NCBI GenBank assembly: GCA_054600435.1
Contig: BAAIJX010000024.1
Coordinates: 62,001-126,000 of the forward strand
Length of the DNA stretch: 64,000 nucleotides
Source of the DNA: Neophaeotheca triangularis
Taxonomy: Eukaryota
Reading direction: 5' to 3'
How positions within the stretch are numbered: the first letter of the stretch is position 1; each line of letters starts with the position of its first letter. The translations under genes were made by a program, and so were the position numbers. The notes beneath the pieces are model-generated. The model was not told the origin of the DNA, did not search any database, and was given only the letters and a program-made list of their open reading frames with translations. Of this stretch, positions 52,351 to 64,000 are shown in pieces.

Positions 52351-53709
52351 GCGCATCTGAGAGAGTGGAGGAGTTAAGGAGAGGGTGTAAGAGGGACGAG
52401 GACTGAGGTTGCGCGATATCTGCGATAGTACGATAGAGGCGCGCGACATGGGATGCGGCAGCTTGTGTATATATGACCGCAAGAAGCTGAGATCCATGAC
52501 CACCTCCTCTTCCGTCGTGTGCACTGAAGTAAAGTGGTCAGGTAAGGTCGTCGCGCTGTTTCGACGGAGACTTTCCTGTTTCATGAATACGCGAACTGTC
52601 CTTGCAGCGAATTGAAAGGAATGCTCTTGGAATGAAAGGCATGTAAGGCCTGGTCTTGTCTCAGATGGACCTTCAAAGAAGAACGCCACTTCTATGTTGT
52701 AGGTGCCCAAGATCGGTGAGTGTAACCGTCGAGAGTGGGTAACATCTCACTGCCACCACGAGTGCCGTCCGCCCTACTAAAGCGGACTTGCATCGCTCCT
52801 CAGATTTCCCGCTTCATTTTTCGCGGCTTTGCTACTTTTCCTATCTGAGCCGGTTGCGCCTTTACGCAAGACATAGATTCGCCCGAAACTTGCGCTCCTC
52901 ACCAAGTCACAAGTTCCTCTCAAGTCTGCGTGCACTTCCAACCGTGGGGGATATAATCTATTTCACCGGCTACCTCGTGCTCTGCCTCTTCTACTTAGAC
53001 TATCGAAGAGAAGAGATCGCCTTGAAAAGAAACCTTCCACCTACTACGCGTGCAAAGCAACTAGGTACCTTAGGCGAGCTGGCTTGCGTCGACAAACAAT
53101 TAGAGTATATATTCGACGCTTGCAGAATGGAAACAAGCAAAATGACGAGACTCAATGGTATGTTCCCCCTCCCTCTCCTTCCATAAAAACTACGCTAACA
53201 CTGCTACAGAACTCCCTCCCTCTCCTCTGGCTATAAGCCTGAGTTCGATCCCCGTCCCCTCCTTCAGTTACGACGTTAAATTAGCGACTGAAGCGTCATG
53301 TAGACGATAAATACCTGTAGGCTAAAGTTAAACCAATCCTTCATTGGACGAGTTTACTTTCCCATCAGTGCTTAAGTTACTGGTGGCTTTCTTTTTTTTT
53401 CTTTTTTTGCCTGATTCCAAGGAGGCATTAGAATGTCAAGCGCTTGGTACTGATCACAGGTGGCCAGGCTATAGACGTATTTTTCGCAGGGAATACACTT
53501 GTTGTTCCTTGACTTCAATGGGCTACACATGTCGAAAGAGAGAACAACTGTGGCAGCCCGAAACTGACAATCTTTTTTAAAACGCTATCCATCGATACTT
53601 ACAACGAAACGGCGAGAGTCATGCTTGACCGCTTCCCATGGAGAATATGTCAGGTACTACCCCTTGTGAGCGCTCTTTCTATTCTGTACTATTTACCACT
53701 TGCACTTAT

Positions 53710-55390
53710 TCAAAGCCCCACAACCCCCCTGATCACCCCGACAAGCGGCGGTACACTGGTCAAAGCCACGGTGATTGTGCCGAATAGTCCCATACTCAGA
53801 CTACTGAAAGCCGCAGCACGCGGATCACTCGTCAACAACATGGCAGTCGCAACCGCCGAGCTATTTGCTCCCAAAGTAATGCCCCTCGAAATGTAATCAT
53901 CTTCCGGTACGCGCAACTGCCGCAGCAGCCAAGGTCCGCACAACACGCCCAAAATGCCGCTGAAGATCGCCACTGGGGCAACGACGTGGAGATTCCCGCC
54001 CAGATTTTGGGTTGCCGGTGTGGCGAGGGCGAGAGTCAGGGAACGGGAGGCGAACGCTAGGCTATTTTCTGCCGAAATTCCGAGTTGTCGGCAGAGGGTA
54101 GGATAGGCGAAGAGGGAGCCTACAGCGAGGGTAAGGTTGGGGAGGATGATAAGCAGGAAACGCTGTCGGAGTTCGGAGCGGTAGGTGTACATTGGGAGGG
54201 CCAGAGCTATGATGCTGACGTCGAGGGCAGAGGAGAGGACATCGCCGGCGCCTGGGAAGGGAGATGCGGTTATGGAGGAGCTTGTCCAGAGGTAGGTGTA
54301 GGTTGAGCCGGTTTTGTAGGCTTTGAGGCCATGGGTGAGGGATGATGATTTGGTAAGGGAAAAAAGCCAAATAGTAGGGATGATTAGTGCGGAGCTGACG
54401 AGAACTGGGTGGAGGTAACTTTTGTATTGAGGAGGAAGGCTTGCAGCGAAGAGGTAGAAGAGGACAGTTAGAGTTAGTTGGAGGGGCATGGAGTAGTCTG
54501 CGCCGTAGTAGGTTGGAATACCAATCAAGAGTAAGAGAGCGGAGTAAGTGAATAAGTCTAGGCGAGCTGTTGCTTGAGCCGCCCATTTCCGCGGTCGGGT
54601 CAGGGGTAGAGGATCGTGTCTTATGGCTGGGGCCTGCTTCAAGCTGTCCGTAAGTAGGGGTGTGCCACTGTCCCCGGCCTGTGGTGGCCCTCCGGTGCCC
54701 GTGATGCTGTCAGGATCCTGTGTCCTTGAAGGTGGCCTTGGTTCTTCCATGGACGGTGACCGAGTGTTGCTCCCGGGCCTTAGGAGCCCGGTGTTTGACG
54801 TAACTCCGGGCATTTCGGTCAGGGGTATATCGTCTGCTTCCACGCCCATCTCCTCTGCTCTCTCTGTCGCGCCTCGCTTCTTGGCACCTAGCACAATTTG
54901 AAGTGCTCTGACGAGATAGGCTGTAAATGTGAAGACAACAGCGTAGCCAATCAAGCACACAGCAATGATCTTGCCAACTTCCACTCCACTTATCGGAGGA
55001 CTGAGCGGTAACACTACGAAAGCCGGACAGAAGAAGATGTTGATCCAGCGTAAAGCAAAGCCGCAAGGTACTTCGATCACGTTTACGATATACTTGGTCT
55101 TCTGAGAGCCAAGCAAGCGTTCGCAAAGGAGAAGGGCGAAGAATAGAATAACCATGCATGCCACGGAAGCTGGGAAGGCTATGGAGCTGAGAGATATGAG
55201 GCTATGCACTCCAAAGCAGATGGCCAGTACGGTGAAGTATCCAACTGGCACGTAGAGCCACGAGTGTAGCATTCGTTGCCATGATGATTGAAGCACCTAC
55301 CGAGCCTCTTAGTATGTCGTTGGAGATATCGAGTCTCATTGGGGTACCTACCAGTCGGGCAGCGCTGGCGGAATCTTTAACGGCAGACAT
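53710..55390 (-). CDS. LrgA/LrgB-like fused membrane protein (LrgB family, PLGG1-like)
   Basis: MSAVKDSASAARL|VLQSSWQ (intron about 55297-55351). LrgA-like FPASVACM...LRWINIFFCPAFV; LrgB-like RSLTLALA, RGITLGANSSAVATA. Confidence 0.85.
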
Positions 55391-55728
55391 ATGTAGTGAA
55401 GAGCGCTCGCGAACAAATTACTCTTTCCACATCTTCCCTGTTGTTTCAAAGGAGGTTCTATAACATCTTTAAGCGTGCCATTGAGAGACGAAGTCGGAGA
55501 GACTCGGCTGGCATCCTGACTGGACGCACCTTCCTGCCTGAGGCCAAAACATTGATCGAGACAGCTTACCGACGGCCAACATCTCACTACCATTATTGAT
55601 TTACATTACCTTTCGCTGAAACACCACTTCCACGACACGGCTTTCGACACAATCTTCGCGGATCTAATTACTCGAAGACTTCTCTATTTGGACCGCCACT
55701 ACTGACAACTCCGGACTACACATCGAGA

Positions 55729-57302
55729 ATGGCTCTCGCCAGCAAGACCGAGTCGCAGGAGATATTCGCCAAACTCAAGACGAAGCCGGCCAACAAGATC
55801 TGCTTCGACTGCGGCGCAAAGAATCCTACATGGTCGTCTGTCCCTTTTGGTATCTACCTTTGCCTTGACTGCTCCGCCAACCACCGGAACCTGGGCGTGC
55901 ACATCTCCTTTGTTCGATCGACGAACCTTGACCGTAGGTTGATCCGCCAAAGCTGCTTTGGCAAGGCAAATGCTAATTGTTGATTCAAGAATGGCAATGG
56001 GACCAGCTACGGAGAATGAAGACTGGAGGCAACGAATCGGCGACCAAGTACTTCCAATCTCACGGAGGCTCCGCTGCTCTTGCAAGCAAGGATCCGAAGA
56101 CCAAATACACTAGCAATGCAGCCACCAAATACAAGGACGAGCTACAGAGGAGGGTGGAGGCGGATATCAAAAAGCATCCAGAGGAAGTTACAGTGGAAGA
56201 TACGGACGGTGCTGCAAGTACTGGTGCCAACACGCCCGCCGCAGACGATGAAGACGACTTCTTCTCCTCTTGGGACAAGCCGGCCGTGAAGCGACCCAGC
56301 AACCCGCCGTCACGCACAGGTACACCAGGCATCAACCGTACAAGCTCTCCTTTCCTCAACGCGAATGGCAACGGAACAGCGCGATCGAAATCCCCGCTCG
56401 GAGCAACTGAAGGCTCCGACGCTGCTGCGCCATCGACAGTTCGGACTACCTCATCTTCCGCCATTCGACGACCGGCTGGCACGACCAAGCCAAAGGCAAA
56501 CATCCTAGGAGCAAAGAAGAGCAAGCTGGGTGCGAAGAAGGTGGACGCGGGCGCACTGGACTTCGATGAGGCGGAGAAGAAGGCTCGCGAAGAAGCGGAG
56601 AGGAAGGAGAAGCTAGGCTACGACCCGAATGAGGAGACTCCCAGCGAAACACAGATCACCGCCGCGCAACCCGACAGCTCTACCACCACCATCCACCAGC
56701 CTACCCCCATGAGTCCCGGCAGTGCTGGTGGCTTTGCGCAAGCCGGCAAGGGGCAAGAGAAGAGCAGCGCAGATGTAGACAAACTCGGTATGGGAGTCAG
56801 GAAGCTTGGATTCGGTCAGGTGGGAGGCGGTGCGGGCGCTGCTGCAGCGAAAGCAGGACCTCCCAGAATGGGCTTTGGTTCAACCAGCAAACCTGCGCAA
56901 GGTACGCCTCGACCCCCCACTCTCGCATTTACTTCGATTAACACTAACGCACTCTTAATAGACGACTCTGAACGCTACGCCCGTGACAAGTTTGGCAGCC
57001 AAAAAGGCATTGGATCGGACGAATTCTTCGGCAAAGGCGCTTTCGATCCTTCGGCGCAATCAGAAGCCAAGAATCGTCTTCAAGGCTTCGAGGGCGCGCA
57101 ATCCATTTCTTCCAACGCTTACTTCGGCCGCCCGGAGGATGAGAACAACGACGCCGAGTACGGGGATCTCGAGGGCGCGGCCAAGGATTTTGTGCGCAAG
57201 TTTGGTATCACGGCCGGCGATGATATTGAGAATCTGAGTAACTTGGTGGGCGAGGGTGCGACCAAGTTGCAAGGGGCTATTAGGGATTATTTGAACAGTT
57301 GA
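55729..57302 (+). CDS. GLO3: ARF GTPase-activating protein Glo3/ArfGAP2-3, 3 exons
   Basis: [44 protein letters not shown]; Glo3 motifs GIGSDEFFG and SISSNAYFG. Second intron 56902-56961. Confidence 0.93.
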
Positions 57303-58450
57303 AGATGGGTCGGGTTACTCGAGGATTGTGATATTGATGGTGAGAAAGGACGTGGTATGCTTGCTTTGGTCGAGCGTTCGGTGTAACGCAAAAGCAACTG
57401 GAGATATTAGTGGCATTGGCTTGATGTCGGCTCGGTAGAAGGCGTTATTGTTGCATATAGTACGCAGTATCTCTGCGCATCTTGAGCCTGGGATGGAGAT
57501 GTGCTGGAGGTTCTAGAGATGCTGCTTGCCGCGTACAAATACTACTTTGCCGCGACGCTGGTATAGCACGAGATAATTACGAAAAGCTGCCCGGGTGCAA
57601 GTCTTCAAAGTCATGTGCAATCCCCGAATGCAGCAATATTGTAAAACGTGTGTAGATGCAGTATCGATGGAGTATCTCACTCACCCCCTACCTGGTGAGT
57701 TAAGCACCTTACCTTAGGTTGACATTGAATCAGGCGGGGGAAAGTTGCAGATGACGAAGTCACGACACTCCTCACCAGCCCTGCCGTGCCCTATGCAGCG
57801 TTTTGACCAGAATGCGAGCCGTGCAAAGTCAATCACCGCCCCTAGACCGATCGGCTGGCGAAGCTTGAATCCAGACTAGGCCTACAGCTGGCGTACAGTA
57901 GCTGCATCCAGGTAATGATCAACAAGCTGGGCCTGTCTGGACTGGAGATTGATGAGAGAGAGAGAACTTTTGCTGTTGCTGTTGCTGGCGGGCACGCCGG
58001 GCACGCCCAGCCCAGCCCACAAGAGGCGGCTGGTTAGGTAGTTTCTTATTAGAAGGTACACGTATCGCATTTTCATTGTAGGTACTACCTAGGTATTACC
58101 TTGTCATTCGGAGTTTCCACCGACCTGCTCCTTCCACCACTCCACCTGCTACCTACTGTACCTAACCCTTCCACACCAAGCCTGAGGAGCTCGAGCTTCC
58201 CGTCGTTGTTTGCCTGCCCTCACCCGTCATCTAACCTTGGAGCCTCCCCCCATTTCTTCCACTCGACCTGCGCTCCTTTCTCGTCTACACTACCTAACCT
58301 TCACACTTATTCCCTGCGCGCTGCGCATCGGACCACCGTGAACTCCATCACAGTCCTATTTGGGCATCCGTAAACCCTGCGCATCCCATCGCGCATCGCT
58401 CTCGGCGCGAGTCATTACACCTCGACAACACATCCACATCTACCGCACTC

Positions 58451-60238
58451 ATGGCATACAATCAAGGTGGGGAGGCCGCGGGCTACTACAACAACATGGG
58501 TCCTCCCAATGGCGGCGGCAGCTACCAAATGCAACCACCACAGCAAGCATACGGCGCACCACCGCACCACAACAAGGGAGGCTACGGCGGGCCTCCTCCT
58601 CAACAAGGCTACGGCGGGCAACCACCCATGCCTCCACCCCCAAACTATGGTCAAAACTACCAAGGAGGCCCTCCCCCTCAACAGCAACAACCAATGCCCA
58701 ACGGCAACTACGACGGCAAGACATTCCAGCAGCAATTTCAAGTCAGCAAGCCCAAGTTCCACGACATCCCTTTCGCTATCGCTCTGCTGGCAGTCATGGC
58801 TGGGTTCGTTGCCGTTAGCGGTATCTCCATCCAGGGTTATGCAGCGACGAGTGGTTTCAATGGCGGGGGTATCTATGGCAGCCAGAATGAGTTTGGGTTG
58901 ACTACCAACACGATTGTACTCTTTGCTTTTGTGCTTTGCGTAGCACTTGTGCTGGGGTACGCGTATATCTGGACTGCTAGGAAGTTTACAAAGGTGGGTG
59001 GCTCTCTGGAGATTAGGAGGAGCGAGGACTACGTGATGTGGAGGAATACTGACTGTGTCGCAGCAATTTATCTGGATTACGGGCATTCTCAACATCATTT
59101 TCGGCTTTGTCACTGCCATCTACATGCTCTATCGGAGGTACTGGAGCGGCGGCATCGTCTTCCTCCTGTTCGCGGTCTTCACGCTCATCTGCTTCATCAC
59201 CTGGATCCCTCGTATCCCCTTCAGTGTGGTGATGCTGCAGACCGCAATTGACGTCTCGAAGAAGTTTGGTCACATGTACCTTGTCAGCTTTATCGGCGGT
59301 CTCATTGCTGCAGCCTTTGGCGCATGGTTTAGTGTCACTTTAGTGGCGGTTTATGTCAAATACGAACCAGGGCAGAATCCAGCTTGCAACCAGGGCGCAG
59401 GAGATTGTTCAAGCGCGACAGTCATCGGATTGATCGTCTTCATCACATTTGCCGGTTACTGGATCTCCGAGTGGCTCAAAAACACTATTCACACCACCAT
59501 CTCCGGTGTCTTTGCGTCGTGGTACTTTGCTCCAAACAGCCCAGCGAAGGGTGCCACCCGAGGCGCCGCCAGGAGAGCCCTGACCTACAGTTTCGGCTCC
59601 ATTGCTTTTGGCAGCTTGATCGTGGCCATTATCAACATGCTGCGTCAATTGTGCTCCATTGCGCAACAACAAGCGGGCGGCAACATGGCTGTCGAGATCT
59701 GCTTCTGCGTTCTGAGGTGCTTGATTGGTCTCATCGACTGGGCAGTGCAATTCCTCAACCGCTATGCCTTTAGGTAAGCCATTTTTTCTTTCCCTCAGCC
59801 TCCAAACCCAACTAACATACTGTCCGCAGCTACCTCGCTCTCTACGGCTCCTCCTACATCGAATCCGCCAAAGCGACCTGGTCCATGATCAAAGACCGCG
59901 GCATCGATGCCCTCGTCAACGAATGCCTCATTGGCCCCGTCCTAACCATGGGCGCAACCTTCGTCGCCTACGCCTGCGCCCTACTCGCCTACCTCTACCT
60001 TGTCTTCACCGACCCGGCCTATAACTCTGACGGCTCCTTCACCCCCGTCGTTGTCGCTTACGCTTTCCTGATCGGACTGCAAATCCAGAACTGCTTCAAC
60101 GTGCCCCTGAACTCGGGTATTGATACCATTTTTGTGGCGGCGGCCTGGGATCCCGAGGTTTTGATGCGCGAGCACCCGGAGCTTTATCACAAGATGGTTG
60201 AGGTTTATCCGCATGTGCAGCAAGCTATTCATGCTTAA
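58451..60238 (+). CDS. PNS1: Pns1 / choline transporter-like (CTL/SLC44) membrane protein, 3 exons
   Basis: Q/P/G/Y-rich N-terminus, KPKFHDIPF, RIPFSVVML, ALTYSFGSIAFGSLIVA, FLNRYAF|SYLALYG, SGIDTIFVA. Confidence 0.92.
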
Positions 60239-61920
60239 GAATGTGTACTTTCCTATTCGGGGGGATGGGAAAAAGGGAACGGGACGAAAAGGTATTGTCA
60301 TTATTGGAGGCGCGGAAATGCTGAGATGGGCGTTTGATGGACGGATGGATTGAGAAATTGGCGGCACTGTGTAAGAGTTATCAAGAGACAGAGAATGATA
60401 CCCACACTTTACCTTGCTTCAACCCAGAAGCGTCACGGAATGGTAAGCTACAACGTAAGGACGCAGCGGTCTCCTTTTCTTTTCCATCCAATTCATTAAT
60501 TTTTCCACGCGAGTTCGGATCAAGTTTGCCCGCCTGGGGGTGGTTTACCGTTTGCGTTGCGCCGGCCATGACTGGTGCTCTTGCGTTGTGAAAAGAGGAG
60601 AAAAAATGTTCGAGAGTCCGTTTGCGACCATGACGGCCCTTTTTTCGCTACCAGCTTTGGACTGCAGGGAAGATGGCGTGGGTCGAGGTAAGAGCTGCCG
60701 TTTTCTTGGTCTCATTTCGGAAGAAAGCTGCCGCGATCTCTGTCTCACTCGCTCCGCCAAAGATATCAAACATCATGCCTCGCACTAGAAAGATGGGTAG
60801 CAGCGCGGAATCCAAACGCAGTCGTCTATAAATGACCTCGATGGCGCACGTCGCTTGGTACACGTACGGATTGACTGCTCGTCAATGGGGGAATATCGCA
60901 TTCTTCAAAGCCATCTCCCTCGAGCTCTTCGTGCTTTCGGTCTCTGATGGACCGACACACAACTGGAAAGTCCTAGGTGAAGAGGCCGAGTAGAATTCGA
61001 CATGACACGCGAATATGACTAGTCTCGTGGGTTGCGCCTGATGTTGAAGTTGGTGATGTGTACCTAGCATTTCCCCCGGCTGGATTTGCTCTTGATGACT
61101 TCCCGCCGTTTTCCACGGAGATTCGGTGCTCGTTCTTCCAGCTAGCTCCTTTCACGAAGGTTCGAGGCGAGCAGAAGATCACGACATGTTGGCAGAGTCT
61201 CGTTGGGTGTTTACATGTTGGCGGCCATGCATCGGCGCGAAAGATACCGAATACTTTTCTCTCGGCCGAGCTTGATGAGGGCGCGACAGATGAGTGAGAA
61301 TGCGACCGGCTGTATAGTCCCCTACTGGAACAACTGGTCTGAGTACCTTAGCTCTTCCCCTCGCTTACTCTTCAATGCACGGTCGGCGACTGTATTTGAA
61401 GACTGCCCCGAACGATGTTCTTCTTGGGATAGATTGAGCTTTCGACTCCCACGTGGTCCGCTAGCGACTGTGTGCTCGCTAGGTTCTCGTCCTCTCCGGT
61501 ATGATATCCGCTCGATAACTCTCTATGCCATGATTTGAGCGCACGAGGAATACCTGGGTCACACCTTGCGAACGATTCGCTAAACATTACCTACCTCAAC
61601 GCAAGCGTAGTCGGTTCTCGAGCACGGTATCGCATGTGTCCGAGTACTAGCTTCATCGAGCATGAAAATCCCACGGAGGCCCCATTCTATGCCATCGATA
61701 CTGTGATCTAGCATTAGACAAAGCATGTCTTGTATCGGATTATTACCATTGACAGCGACCCTCCCGAGCAGCAAGGGGCGCTCCCCTTTTGTACTATGTA
61801 GACGTCAACAATATTATTAATGCGCGAACGTGCTGACTCATCACTGTTACTGGTTCACCAGTGGCACGATGCTTGCCCCAAGCAGGCTCAGTGGTCTAGT
61901 CGTATGATTGTCGCTTCGGG

Positions 61921-61949
61921 TAATACCCAGCAGTTAACGCTGCCGAATT
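61921..61949 (+). other. Canonical tRNA intron (position 37/38), 29 nt
   Basis: Begins one base 3' of the anticodon and contains CCGAA, complementary to the anticodon-loop TTCGG. Removal restores the GTCGC/GTGAC stem and a 7-nt loop. Confidence 0.88.
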
Positions 61950-61981
61950 TGTGACAGGTCCCGGGTTCAAATCCCGGCTGA

Positions 61982-62037
61982 GTGAGTTTAAATCAACCAA
62001 GTCAAAGGATCAGAATTGATTCTAATAATTAAATTAG
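61982..62037 (+). other. Putative 56-nt spliceosomal (U2-type) intron between tRNA positions 69 and 70
   Basis: 5' GTGAGT, branch TTCTAAT (CTAAT at 62022-62026), 3' TAG at 62035-62037. Excision gives CTGA|GCC-C, complementary to the 5' GGCTCAG. Confidence 0.8.
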
Positions 62038-62059
62038 GCCCTTCGAACTATTCGAAATC

Positions 62060-62089
62060 TTTTTGGCGTTTTTTAAACCTTTTTTTTTT
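62060..62089 (+). terminator. RNA polymerase III terminator T-tracts (T5, T6, T10)
   Basis: The first runs of 4 or more T downstream of the tRNA start begin 19 nt after the restored 3' end; none occurs inside either intron. Confidence 0.85.
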
Positions 62090-62357
62090 GCCGGAATATG
62101 AACCGCTGGGTGTTACCCGACGTGACAATCATAGCTTGCCTCCGGGGGCACTTGCGGCGAGCATGTTATCTTTTTACGTTCGGGACGATTGTACTACTAT
62201 CGTAAGTCTATATTCCTTCTAGCGTCGTCTTACTTCGGAAATAGTACAAGGTATGCATGGGTAAGGTTCGTCGGTTGCACAATCGCGGTCGTACCTGGAA
62301 GTCACCTCTTAAAGTACTTTTCAAGTCTGTAGGGCTTGGCAATAATGCCGACGGACA

Positions 62358-63665
62358 CTATCTTGCCATTGCACGAGATAGACTCTGTCGAAATCGTGCA
62401 GCTACACCGTCAGATGCAATGTTCCTCCCTATCAGTACAATTTTTCCGCCACCTCCAGACCCATCACTTCCACCATTGGCGTCGATCAGCTCAAAAATCT
62501 CTCTTACGCCTTGAAGCACCTTCACAGAACCCGAATGCATTGGCAACCTCCCCTTGACGCGATGAACCTCCCAACTACCCCTTTCCCCCTCGCACGGTAG
62601 CTTACCCTCCCATAACGTCGATCGAAGCCATCTATCCAGCTTCGGTAGCGAAGCCTCATCCAGAACGGGTACATCCAGCACAATAGTTCCAATTGCCGGA
62701 TCCAAATGACTATGCCCCTTGCTCGCAAAATCTAGCGCATCGGCAGAAATATCATCGTAAGCATGCAAATCCAGCACCAGCCCTTCCAGCTCCGGTATCC
62801 GGCTGTGGTCGGTCACCTCAACCTTCGCAAGAGCATTGATACTCTGCACCCTATCCTGCACAGCCTGCAACTCCGCCTCGGAAACAAGATCAGCCTTGTT
62901 AATAACAACAACATCGGCGTGAGAAATCTGTAAATGCGCAGTCGACAGATGCGGGCCATGAGCGTGTGAGCCGGCCTCATCATCCTCGACTTGCTCCTCG
63001 CCGACAGGCTCATCCAGACTGCGTAAAACATTCTTCGCATCTACGAGCGTCACAATGCCATCGAGGTAGATTGTCGAGCCCAAGCCCTCGTCAACCCAGA
63101 AGAGGGGAGCGAGATTTCCGGGATCAGCCAGTCCAGTCGTTTCGAGAAGAATGTAGTCGAAAGTCCCGCGCCTCTCCATCAGCGATTCGATGGCATTGAC
63201 GCCGCTGTCTTTGACCGAGCAGCAAATGCATCCGTTGGCAAGGTCAAGCCATTCTTCCGCTTTGGTGTCGCCTTGGGAGACGGTCAGGGAACGCTCGATG
63301 TCGCTGCTATTGCCGAATTCTGTTATATAGATAAGGAGTCAGTTGATTTGACTGAGGGAGTATATTTTTGTTGGTGCTGATTACGGCACTAACCTACCGT
63401 TCAAAATTACTGCGATTTTCTTGCCATGGCGTGCTGTGAGGATGTAATTTAGGAGGGTGGTCTTGCCTGCTCCTAGGTAACCTGCGTGGCCGTTTAACAA
63501 TTGTCCCGTCAATGAAGATCAAGGTCTTCTATATAAAATAAACTCACCCGTGATGATCGTTATGGGAACTCTAGAACTCGGAATATCTGATGAGCTAGCT
63601 GTTTCGTCGACAGCCTGGCCATCAGCGTCGACAAGCATAGGAGGAGCATCGTCGTCGTCGTTCAT
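62358..63665 (-). CDS. ZNG1: CobW/COG0523 zinc-chaperone GTPase (ZNG1/CBWD), 3 exons
   Basis: [22 protein letters not shown]...[19 protein letters not shown] (CxCC), [14 protein letters not shown], CobW-C RVKG...QGVREIF. Confidence 0.93.
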
Positions 63666-64000
63666 GTTTGCGTCAAATGGAAGAAAAGATTCGCATACTA
63701 CTTTAGAGGAGGTCAAGATGGCATATATGGGTCGCTGCACAAAGTGCAGGTGGTCTCGCTCTGATGAAGCGATCGCTGGCGCCGGCTTCAACCGTAGAGC
63801 CTCACCGTGCTGCAGGGACTAGATCAAAGGAGCGGGAGCTTTACTTATGCCCAACACTTGCCCTCTGCGTTTGCTTTTATAACATTTGGCCGTACTGATC
63901 TTCAACGATACAGAGTCTCCTCACAGTGCAAAGCGACCCTCCTTACTCCCACCTTAGTCCTCTTTTGGCCGCGAGACATCCAACCCACCGCGTACAACAT

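Larger units (their letters stand above)
61885..62041 (+). tRNA. trnP-CGG: tRNA-Pro(CGG) interrupted by two introns (anticodon-loop intron + spliceosomal-type intron in the acceptor stem)
   Basis: GGCTCAG TG GTCT AGTCGTA TGAT T GTCGC TT CGG G [intron] T GTGAC AGGTC CCGGG TTCAAAT CCCGG CTGA [intron] GCC C. A-box TGGTCTAGTCG, B-box GGTTCAAATCC, anticodon at 61917-61919. Confidence 0.9.

Noticed and set aside
60973..61532. Long minus-strand frame broken by TAG codons
   Set aside because: No recognisable protein similarity, so a pseudogene call cannot be supported.
61982..62037. Insert as a non-canonical BHB-type tRNA intron or a transposon footprint
   Set aside because: I see no bulge-helix-bulge pairing, terminal inverted repeats or target duplication beyond one G, whereas all three spliceosomal signals are present in the right order and spacing.

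Overview
Gene-dense DNA from a filamentous ascomycete. Short GT-AG introns with CTRAC/CTAAT branch points and the protein styles suggest a Dothideomycete (inference). About 25 protein-coding genes are recognisable, mostly housekeeping: an EXPERA/TMEM97 protein, Nup170/157, AIM41, a secreted But2-domain wall protein with a 28x15-bp repeat, a SAM methyltransferase, AP-2 beta, EMC4, a TDA10-like kinase, FOX2, cystathionine beta-lyase, Bem1/BemA, a SAC3/GANP protein, VPS36, mitochondrial Hsp70, chitin synthase, MTFP1, ATP19, an LrgB protein, GLO3, PNS1 and a CobW/ZNG1 GTPase. The standout is a tRNA-Pro(CGG) gene at 61885-62041. It has the usual anticodon-loop intron plus a 56-nt insertion inside the 3' strand of the acceptor stem with spliceosomal signals (GTGAGT...CTAAT...TAG). 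Removing that insertion restores a perfect 7-bp acceptor stem, followed by Pol III T-tracts. This suggests a tRNA that needs both the tRNA endonuclease and the spliceosome. All gene calls come from recognising motifs by eye; no database search was run.
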